Shown in pieces: positions 1 to 7,601 of a stretch of DNA of 64,000 nt. Source of the stretch: Candidatus Latescibacterota bacterium (lineage in GTDB: Bacteria > Latescibacterota > UBA2968 > UBA8231); contig OZ253462.1 of the NCBI GenBank assembly GCA_965261395.1, forward strand, positions 5,600,001 to 5,664,000, written 5' to 3'. The position numbers and the translations under genes were made by a program. The notes under the pieces are model-generated. The model was not told the origin of the DNA. It did no database searches and was given only the letters and a program-made list of their open reading frames with translations. The number at the start of each line of letters is the position of its first letter. Position 1 is the stretch's first letter.

Positions 1-331
1 ACCGCGCCTCCACGAGAACGCGGGACAGGGGATTGACGTCGTTGCCGATCACGTCCCGGCCGAGCAAGACCGCTTCGAGCAATGTCGTCCCACGCCCCAT
101 AAACGGGTCGAACACCACGTCGCCGGGGTCCGTCAGCCGCTCGATGAAAAAGCGCGGCAACTGCGGCTTAAAACACGCCCGATAGGAAACCTCGTGCAGC
201 GAGTGCGCGGCGCGTTGCTTGGACGTCCAGAACTCATTGGCGAATACGGGAATGCCGTCGCATTCTTCAACGACCGTCTCCTTGTCGTAGCGCCGCCATT
301 GTTCAAGCTCGCGTTTGAACTCGTCGAGCAC
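1..331 (-). CDS. DNA methyltransferase (N4/N6 family), runs off the window edge
   Basis: Absent from the ORF track because it has no stop in the window. Manual translation from GTG at 331 gives ...NEFWTSKQRAAHSLHEVSYRACFKPQLPRFFIERLTDPGDVVFDPFMGRGTTLLEA..., where DPFMGRGTT is a SAM-binding motif I. Confidence 0.85.
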   Translation of the reverse strand, partial: MLDEFKRELEQWRRYDKETVVEECDGIPVFANEFWTSKQRAAHSLHEVSYRACFKPQLPRFFIERLTDPGDVVFDPFMGRGTTLLEAVLLGRDVIGNDVNPLSRVLVEAR

Positions 332-405
332 CAGACAACCCTTACCAATAGAAGGGAACTGGTGTTGCAATTGTCGCAATGTGCGCCCCTAACAATCTGC
401 GTCCC

Positions 406-3400
406 CTACAAATACCCGAACAACACCGTAAAATAAGACTTCCACCGCCCCTTATCTTGCACCTCGTCAATCCCATACGCCACATCCACCTGCACCCGCG
501 TCGGCACGCTGTAATAAGAAATCAAATCAAAGCGCAACTGCCCCCCCACATCCCGCAGTGGGCCGTCGCGTCCATACCGTTCGTTCCACTCGCCTATGTT
601 TCGGTCCCAAGCCTTGCCCATACTGGTGTACACTGCGCCATATACTTTGTCGAAATACAACTGCGCAACGCGCTTGCCCAAATTCGGCAGCAGAGGAAAG
701 CGCAGCGTCGCCGTGCCCATCAGAGCCTTGCGCCCCTCGATGCTATAAAAAGTATAGCCCTTCATAAAGTTGAGGCCGCCGAGGCGGTAGTCGAAGAAAT
801 CGCCGACCCGCGACGTGTCGTTCACCGCGTCGTTGTCGATCCAGCCGCCGTACAGCCGCAGGCCCAAGCGGGTATTGCCGGGCATGGCCATGTATTCCTT
901 CCAATCGACGGTAAACTGATTGTAAAAGAGCTTGATGTAGTTCTCGTCGATAAAGGACGCCTGCTCGTTAAAGCCGTCGATAAAATAGTTGAACATCCGG
1001 TCGTAGCGCGCGTAGAGCTGGCGGCCCACAGGGCTTATATCGCGGTCCCGCCGCCGCGCAATCATCTCCATCCGATAGGTCAGCCCCAAGCCAAAGCCAT
1101 TGAGATAGGTATAACCAAAGGGCCTTTGCCGCTGGCGCTCAAAGCCGAGGCCGCCGTCTCGGCGCGGCACAAAAGCCTCCCATTGGACGCTGGCATCGTA
1201 GCGTTCGTACGTGGCTGAGGCCGTCAGCTCCACATGGCGACCCAATTTACCGCGCACCCCCGCGCTGAGCTGGCTCAAGTTGAAGTTGATGGCGTTGACA
1301 ATGCCCGCCCGCGCCTCCGAGCTATCGCCGCGAGCCGAGCGCCGGCGCTGGTTGAATAGCTCTAAAAAGAAGGTGGGACGGAATCCCTTGAACTCGTATA
1401 TGGCGAACAGTTCGCGGTCGGCATTGGCCGGCGCAATGGCACCCCCGGCGAATATGCTCTGGCGGTTGAGCACATCGCCAGAGGTGAGGTACGCGCCCGC
1501 CTTGAAATTCCCCTCGTCCATGAACAGCCTCGGCAGGATTCCGGTCTTGAGGAAGTCGATGCCATACGCTTGGGGCGTGCTCGGCAAGGCGGGGGCCGAC
1601 GTGCCACGCCAATCCAGCGGCATGTCTTGGGAAAACCACGCCTCTTCAGCCGCCACCGGCGTCCCCTCGTCCTGCAACTGGCGAATCTCAAAGCCGGCCG
1701 ACGTATAAGCTGCAAAGACGACCTCGCCCTCCGAGCCGACCGATGGGCTGAACGCACCGCCGATAGTATTAGTTATCTGCCGCAGCGCGAGCGTTTCCAA
1801 GTTGAGGGCATAAATATTGAAAATGCCGCTGAAATCCGACGCAAAGACGATCTCCGTGCCGTCCGCGCTCCACGCTGGGTCCCGGTCCGTGCCAGGCGTG
1901 GCAATGTCGAATACCCCTTCGTCGAGCAAGGGCGTTGCAGCGGCGGCGTCCGCGTCTAGTTGCACCACGGCGATGTCGCGCTGTCCCTCGCGCGAGATCG
2001 CAAACGCCAGCTTGCGTCCGTCGGGCGAAAAGCGCGGCGTGTAGAGCTGGGTGCCATCCGCAAAGTGGGTTAGATAGCGCAGCCCCGTGCCGTCGGCCCG
2101 CATCATCGCCAAATTGTTGCTGGTGTCCTTGTTTTGCACGAAGACGATCCATTCGCCATCGGGCGAATAGGTCGGGTACAGTGCGCGCAGCCCGCGCGTC
2201 AGCCGCTTGACGCGCGGCGTCTCCGGTGCCGTGCCGCTAACCATAGCCGGCACCAACCACAGCATATTGCGCCAAAAACTAGGGCCAGCGGCAGCGGAAT
2301 TCCACTCGTAGATATCCGCCTGCCGCGAACCGTATTTGTCGGCCCGGTCGATGCGCGAAAAGAGCAGCTTGCGCCCGTCCGGCGACCAATCCACGGTCGA
2401 AGCCGCCGCTGGGAAGACTGCGACTTCCTCCTCGCCCGTAGCGAGGTCGCGCACGATCAAGCCGTGCGGGTAGTGGTGCCGCTTGCGCGTTGACAGATAC
2501 GCCAATTTCTCGCCGTTGGGTGCCAGCCGCGGCCGCAGATTGGAAAAGCCGACATCCACGATCCGCTCGCCCTCGCGCAGCGGCCCCAACGCCGCCACCT
2601 GCGCCCGATAGCCCTGCCGCAGGGACTCGATCCACTCGCCGTATAGCTCGTCCGCGCTCTTGCCCAAGACCTTTTTGCACGCCCCGTCAATGGCGAGCGC
2701 GTGCCACTGCGACGAGGCCCGGTACAGCGCGGCGATTTTTTCTTCACCGTACATCTCGGCGATATAGCGCACCAAGCCAAAGCCGTGGTCGTACACGTAT
2801 TCGTTGCCAAAGCCCTGCTTGCCAAAGACGCCCATCTGGTCGAAGGATAGCTGCTCGTCCGCCAGCACCAAGGAGCGGAGCACCATGTCGCGGTTGGCAT
2901 CCCAGCGGTCGTGAGTCGTAGTCGCAGTCCCGTACTGGGCCGCGCCCTCGGCCAGCCACATGGGCACCACCGTGCCCATCACTGGATAGGAAGCGATGAC
3001 ATCCGGATAGCCGATGAGAATGTCCGGTCGGTTTTTCTCTCGTTGGTAGCCAAAGTACTGCAAGTAGAGCGCGGGGACGCGCTGTACGCCTTTGCGCGCA
3101 GCACCGAGCGAAACGATGTGGGCAAATTCGTGGGTTATTACGTTGCGCAGCCAGTCTGAACTGCCGCGCAAATCGAAGTCGTGGTCGAGCGACGTGGCCC
3201 AGATCTCAATGGTGTCTTGATAGAAAAAAGCCGCGCCATTGGCGTAATCGTCGTGGTCCTTGAGCACGATCCGCACGCGCCCGTCGGGCGCGTACCCATA
3301 CAGCTCGGTAATGGGCGCGTACGCGGCTTCGGCAATGCGCGCCGCCCGCGCCGCCGCCCCATCCAGCCCCTCGTGATAGAAGATGCGGAAGTGCTCGGTC

Positions 3401-3516
3401 TCCACCACCTGCCACGCCAGCTCCGGGTGGTTTTGGGCAAAGGACGCGCTCGCCCAACTGAGCATCAGGCAAAGTACGCACAGCCCGGCCAGCAGCGGGG
3501 TGGTCAGTTTCCCCAT
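406..3516 (-). CDS. Secreted/outer-membrane protein: MA-clan-like zinc peptidase, PD40/TolB-like propellers and a C-terminal beta-barrel-like region
   Basis: Signal peptide; HEFAH plus downstream WLAEG; repeated WSPDG/YSPDG/FSPDG PD40 motifs; aromatic alternating C-terminal strands ending YFTVLFGYL. Confidence 0.8.
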   Translation of the reverse strand: MGKLTTPLLAGLCVLCLMLSWASASFAQNHPELAWQVVETEHFRIFYHEGLDGAAARAARIAEAAYAPITELYGYAPDGRVRIVLKDHDDYANGAAFFYQDTIEIWATSLDHDFDLRGSSDWLRNVITHEFAHIVSLGAARKGVQRVPALYLQYFGYQREKNRPDILIGYPDVIASYPVMGTVVPMWLAEGAAQYGTATTTHDRWDANRDMVLRSLVLADEQLSFDQMGVFGKQGFGNEYVYDHGFGLVRYIAEMYGEEKIAALYRASSQWHALAIDGACKKVLGKSADELYGEWIESLRQGYRAQVAALGPLREGERIVDVGFSNLRPRLAPNGEKLAYLSTRKRHHYPHGLIVRDLATGEEEVAVFPAAASTVDWSPDGRKLLFSRIDRADKYGSRQADIYEWNSAAAGPSFWRNMLWLVPAMVSGTAPETPRVKRLTRGLRALYPTYSPDGEWIVFVQNKDTSNNLAMMRADGTGLRYLTHFADGTQLYTPRFSPDGRKLAFAISREGQRDIAVVQLDADAAAATPLLDEGVFDIATPGTDRDPAWSADGTEIVFASDFSGIFNIYALNLETLALRQITNTIGGAFSPSVGSEGEVVFAAYTSAGFEIRQLQDEGTPVAAEEAWFSQDMPLDWRGTSAPALPSTPQAYGIDFLKTGILPRLFMDEGNFKAGAYLTSGDVLNRQSIFAGGAIAPANADRELFAIYEFKGFRPTFFLELFNQRRRSARGDSSEARAGIVNAINFNLSQLSAGVRGKLGRHVELTASATYERYDASVQWEAFVPRRDGGLGFERQRQRPFGYTYLNGFGLGLTYRMEMIARRRDRDISPVGRQLYARYDRMFNYFIDGFNEQASFIDENYIKLFYNQFTVDWKEYMAMPGNTRLGLRLYGGWIDNDAVNDTSRVGDFFDYRLGGLNFMKGYTFYSIEGRKALMGTATLRFPLLPNLGKRVAQLYFDKVYGAVYTSMGKAWDRNIGEWNERYGRDGPLRDVGGQLRFDLISYYSVPTRVQVDVAYGIDEVQDKGRWKSYFTVLFGYL

Positions 3517-3615
3517 AGAAGAGTTCTCCTCAGCTCGAAATAAAATGATGCCTCTAGTACTAAGGCGATCTCACTGCTGCAAAGGCACTCCTCTCGCAAT
3601 GCCCACTTGGCGACC
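3485..3615. repeat. Copy A of a duplicated block (porU 3' end, intergenic region, RBS and start of a signal peptide)
   Basis: Near-identical to 7461-7601, including aaaatgatgcct...agtactaaggcgatctcactgctgcaaaggca.tcctctcgcaatgc. Confidence 0.95.
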
Positions 3616-3633
3616 AGACAAAACGCCAACCCT

Positions 3634-6375
3634 TCACTGACTTACAGCCATTTTGACCACGGCTTCTCCCCGCCGCCCGTCGTCGCCGTGTGCGATCAAT
3701 CGGCATAGATACAGGCCGCTGGCAGAGCCTTCCACCGACCAAGTAATTTCGCGCTCACCGGCTGCCAAGCCGTTGCTGCGGTGCCGCCCAACGCGCCCGC
3801 CCAACGCATCAAACACCTCCAATTCGATGCGTCCGGCCGCGCTCAACGCAAAGCGCAAATGCGCATCTTCACCGGGGCCGACTGGATTGGGATAGCAATA
3901 GACCCGGCCTAGCAAGGCTGCCTCTGGCTCTACAACGGGCCGACCAGCTACCAGCGCAGCCCGCGACCCAGCCGCATCGGCACCCGCCTGCGGCCAATGA
4001 GCTGGCCCCCCAGCATACTGCGCCGCCACCTTAAGCAGATCCCACGCATACACGGCCGTGCCATCCAAGGCCGCTAACGCCAAGCGACCATCGCCGTCTA
4101 AGTCCAATACCACCGGCGACGCTGTCGGAGGGGCGGTCATCAGCAGGGGGAAGCCCGACAAGGGCCGCCCATCGTCGTCCACGCCGAAAATTCCACTGTA
4201 GCCGGCGACGAATATCTCCTGCTTGCCGTCGGCATCCACGTCGCAAAGCACCGGCTCAAAAACGAGATCGCCGATCTCGGCAAAGCGCGGGAAAGCAGCG
4301 GGAAAGTCGGCGTGGCGCAATCCGTCGGCTCGCAGGGCGTGTATCGCTCCATTCCGCGTAACCAGAACCACTTCCAACAGACCATCGCCGTCCAAATCGC
4401 CTAGGACCGGCGGCGCGGCTAGCGAATCGCCCAACTCGACTACATGCGATCCGATCGCGACCCGTCCTCCGGCCGTAGCGAAGACCCACTCGACTTGGCC
4501 ATCGCCATCCAAATCGCCGGCCGCCGGGGACAACGAGGCTATGGCCTCCAGCCGCTTTTGTTCCTTCAACTCGCCGCTTATGGCATCTACCACGTAGATC
4601 TGTTCCGCTCCGATAAGCAGCAGCGCGGCCTCCGCACTCGTGCTGAACTGCGCGTCTGACGGCACCTCGTCCAGCGCGAGCTGCCACAGCGGTTGGTCGG
4701 CCCCGGCGTCCCACGCGCTGACCTCTGCGTCGCGCCACAAGAAAAACTCGGGCCGGCCATCGCCGTCGCCGTCGCCAGCAGCCAGCAACCGCGCCCCAGG
4801 TACTCGCCACGCCGCCACGCCATCGCCGGTTGCATAGCCGACCCCACCCCCGGCCTCAAAGAGCAACTCATCCACTCCGTCGCCGTCCAAATCCGCAGCT
4901 TGCAGCCGGCCATCGCCCGGTAACTCCCGTGGCCAACCCGGACGGGCACGTCCAAAGCGTATGGCCACCTGCATAGTATCGCCAAGTGCGGAAAGCACTT
5001 CGATCTCAATGCCGGTCTCCCACTCCCGATTGCTGCGCGAATCGGGTTGAGTCGCCGAGCCGAACAGCGTTTGTCCACCGGCAAAGAACGGATCGTCGGG
5101 CGATCCCTCGATTTGCCGCTGCCGCTCAAAGACCGGATGGCCAATGTCGCGGTACCCATCGGCCTCTTCCAAGGCAATCCCCTGCCAATGGGCCTGATTG
5201 TTCGCGGTATTGGAGTCCGCAGCACGTGCCATCACGCCCTCATCTACATGCCATATCAGCACCCCCGACCCTGAGACAAAGGCGTCGTATTCCTCCATCG
5301 CGGTCCACACGCCTTGTTCTATAGTGATCTGCTCGGGGTCAATCCACACCTTTCCTTCGTCTTCGCCCTCCTCAACGCCGCGCTGCCCGCGCTGCTGCCT
5401 ATTCTCCAGCAAGAAGTATTCGCGCGCGTCAATGGGGATGCGCACGGCTTTGGGAAGATCGCCGCTACGGTCGGTCGCCAGCAGCGATAGTACGGTGTCG
5501 CGCCGCACCACCACCGGCTCAATCCACCCTAGCTGCATCTTGCTCCAAGCCATCGGATGCGGCGGCGCGAAGCCAACCACCCAAGCGAGACTGTCGGTCC
5601 GCACGTAGCCCGAAACGTTGGCCCCCACGTCCATCAGGCTCCAGCCTCCTAGGGCCGGCACACCGGCGGCGAAATTGGACAACCCAGGCAGGCCCAACTG
5701 GTGGCCAAAGAACTTGGCCAGCAAGCCATTGAGGCCGGCCCGGCCATTGATACTGGGCGACTCCGGCAAGATCCACGCCTGATCGATCGCTGCGTCGCCC
5801 ACGGTCAGCGGGCCGCCGTTAAAGTGCGCAAAATCGCTCTCCGCTAGGAAGACCGAGCGGATATCGTTCAGCTCGCCGGTCTCGTAGCCAACCCCGGCGT
5901 GGAACACGAGAAAGCTGTTGAATTCGTCCAAACGCGGGCCGTCGGGATCGGCCAGCGCGGCATGCAGGGCATCGCTCACCAGCTCGATCCACTTCACACC
6001 GATCTCCTCAGTCGTACGTCCGTTGCCGTAGTGGAGCATAGATTGGGGAAGCGTGTACGCCTGCCGAGCGGCGCGGGGGAACACCTCGGCGGAAATCGCC
6101 ACCTGACCGGCAGAAACGACCTCGTAATAGCGCGCCAGCGCAGTCAGGTGCCGCTCGAAATACGCGCGGTCGTGCGGCGGCACGTCGTAGGGAAGCGCGT
6201 ACTCTTCGGCTGCCTCCTCGGCCGAGCGCAGATCAAACGCGCCGGTGCCGGTCGTCGTGAACTCATCGGGATTTTCGCGCGGAAAATCGACGCGCAAGGC
6301 TAAGATTCGCCACTCGGCGTCGGCCGCGGTGGCCGCTGACAACAGCAGTGAGAAACAGAAGCCTAAGAGGAGCAA
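3634..6375 (-). CDS. M6 (immune inhibitor A)-like peptidase homolog with FG-GAP repeats and a T9SS-type C-terminal sorting domain; zinc motif degenerate
   Basis: M6 hallmarks ILALRVDF, FHAGVG, WSLMD.G, AWSKMQLGW, EYFLLENRQ and GVLIWHVD; GDLDGDG repeats; C-terminal YCYPNP...ASGLY. Start codon uncertain. Confidence 0.8.
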   Translation of the reverse strand: MLLLGFCFSLLLSAATAADAEWRILALRVDFPRENPDEFTTTGTGAFDLRSAEEAAEEYALPYDVPPHDRAYFERHLTALARYYEVVSAGQVAISAEVFPRAARQAYTLPQSMLHYGNGRTTEEIGVKWIELVSDALHAALADPDGPRLDEFNSFLVFHAGVGYETGELNDIRSVFLAESDFAHFNGGPLTVGDAAIDQAWILPESPSINGRAGLNGLLAKFFGHQLGLPGLSNFAAGVPALGGWSLMDVGANVSGYVRTDSLAWVVGFAPPHPMAWSKMQLGWIEPVVVRRDTVLSLLATDRSGDLPKAVRIPIDAREYFLLENRQQRGQRGVEEGEDEGKVWIDPEQITIEQGVWTAMEEYDAFVSGSGVLIWHVDEGVMARAADSNTANNQAHWQGIALEEADGYRDIGHPVFERQRQIEGSPDDPFFAGGQTLFGSATQPDSRSNREWETGIEIEVLSALGDTMQVAIRFGRARPGWPRELPGDGRLQAADLDGDGVDELLFEAGGGVGYATGDGVAAWRVPGARLLAAGDGDGDGRPEFFLWRDAEVSAWDAGADQPLWQLALDEVPSDAQFSTSAEAALLLIGAEQIYVVDAISGELKEQKRLEAIASLSPAAGDLDGDGQVEWVFATAGGRVAIGSHVVELGDSLAAPPVLGDLDGDGLLEVVLVTRNGAIHALRADGLRHADFPAAFPRFAEIGDLVFEPVLCDVDADGKQEIFVAGYSGIFGVDDDGRPLSGFPLLMTAPPTASPVVLDLDGDGRLALAALDGTAVYAWDLLKVAAQYAGGPAHWPQAGADAAGSRAALVAGRPVVEPEAALLGRVYCYPNPVGPGEDAHLRFALSAAGRIELEVFDALGGRVGRHRSNGLAAGEREITWSVEGSASGLYLCRLIAHGDDGRRGEAVVKMAVSQ

Positions 6376-6392
6376 GGGGGCTAAATCGCAGC

Positions 6393-6413
6393 GTTGCCGC
6401 GCAGCGCGGCAAC
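6393..6413. other. Perfect 9-bp GC-rich hairpin between porV and the M6-like gene
   Basis: gttgccgcg-cag-cgcggcaac. No U-tract follows it on either strand. Confidence 0.6.
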
Positions 6414-6439
6414 AAAACCAGCGTCCGATTGGAACACCC

Positions 6440-7492
6440 TCAGAAAATGATGTTCAGGGAAATCGGCGTATTGTCTCCCACCACCGTGTCCTCGTTGCCG
6501 ATTATATACGCCACATCAAACTGGAAGCGATTGTACTTTAGCCCAACGCCAAAGGTCTTGGAATGTACCTCGCCGTCGGTGTCCTGAGAAAGGCCCGCCC
6601 GCAACGCGATGAACGCCTCGCCTTCGCGCGCGGAAAGCCCGTATTGGTATTCGCCACCCACGTGCAGATCCATCTCCTTGAACTCGTTGCTCAAGCCCTC
6701 GTCGGCCCATGCCGTGGCCAAGTTGCTGACAAAAGACCCATCGGCAATCAGAGGTTTGTATAGGTCAAAAGAGAGCATCAGGTCGTTGTATTGGGTATCC
6801 ATCACGTCGTAGGCCACCCCGACGACGATGTGCTGGGGCAGCGGATCGGCCTGTTCGGCGTCGATATAGGCGATTTTGGGGCCTAGGTTGCGCAGGGCCG
6901 CGCCAAAGCTGAGGCTGGGGACGGGCTTCCACAAAAATCCCAGATCCGCGGCAAAGCTGTTGCCCACACCCCGGCCCCGCTCAATGCCGGCCCCCACATC
7001 GGCCAAGTTGCTGCGGATAAACTTCAAGCCGATGCCAGCAGACGTATTGTCGCCAATATCTGCCCCGTAGGCCGCAGACATAGCCACGTCATAGCTGCGG
7101 AAGGTGCCTTGTTGGTTGCCGCGCTCGTCCGTGCGGATCTGCTCGCCTAGATTTAGCAGCGCGACGTTAAAGCCGAAGTTGCCCCACCCCTCCACGGGCA
7201 TGGAATAGGCCAAAAACTCGTAGGACAAGTCGTCGGCCAGCTTCGGCAGCCACTTGGTGTGCGAGAGGTGGATCTTTTTCTTGGTCTGCCCGACGAGGGC
7301 AGCCGGATTGAAGTAGCTGGCCGTGGCGTCGTCGGCCACTGCCACGTACGATTCACCCATGGCAATGGCACGGGAACCCGGCTCGATCAACAAAAGAAGC
7401 GGAGCACTTCGGCTCTCGGGCGTGGCCTGGACCTCATCGGGCAATGCACCCGCGCAAAGGCCGGCCAGCAGCAGGGTCGTCAGTTTCCTCAT
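6440..7492 (-). CDS. porV: PorV/PorQ-family outer-membrane beta-barrel
   Basis: Likely start is ATG 7492 after a GAGGAG RBS. LLIEPGSRAIAMGE, YFNPA, SHTKWL and DPLP are PorV-family motifs; C-terminal Phe. Confidence 0.85.
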   Translation of the reverse strand: MRKLTTLLLAGLCAGALPDEVQATPESRSAPLLLLIEPGSRAIAMGESYVAVADDATASYFNPAALVGQTKKKIHLSHTKWLPKLADDLSYEFLAYSMPVEGWGNFGFNVALLNLGEQIRTDERGNQQGTFRSYDVAMSAAYGADIGDNTSAGIGLKFIRSNLADVGAGIERGRGVGNSFAADLGFLWKPVPSLSFGAALRNLGPKIAYIDAEQADPLPQHIVVGVAYDVMDTQYNDLMLSFDLYKPLIADGSFVSNLATAWADEGLSNEFKEMDLHVGGEYQYGLSAREGEAFIALRAGLSQDTDGEVHSKTFGVGLKYNRFQFDVAYIIGNEDTVVGDNTPISLNIIF

Positions 7493-7601
7493 AGCGGAGT
7501 CCTCCTCAGCTAAAAATAAAAATATAAAATGATGCCTCCTAAGTACTAAGGCGATCTCACTGCTGCAAAGGCATTCCTCTCGCAATGCTCATTTGGCGAC
7601 C
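7461..7601. repeat. Copy B of the duplicated block (porU stop to porV codon ~11)
   Basis: Matches 3485-3615 apart from a ~9-nt A/T indel and scattered substitutions. Confidence 0.95.

Noticed and set aside
6393-6413. Hairpin as an intrinsic terminator
   Set aside because: No U-tract 3' of the stem on either strand; at most an mRNA stability or processing element.
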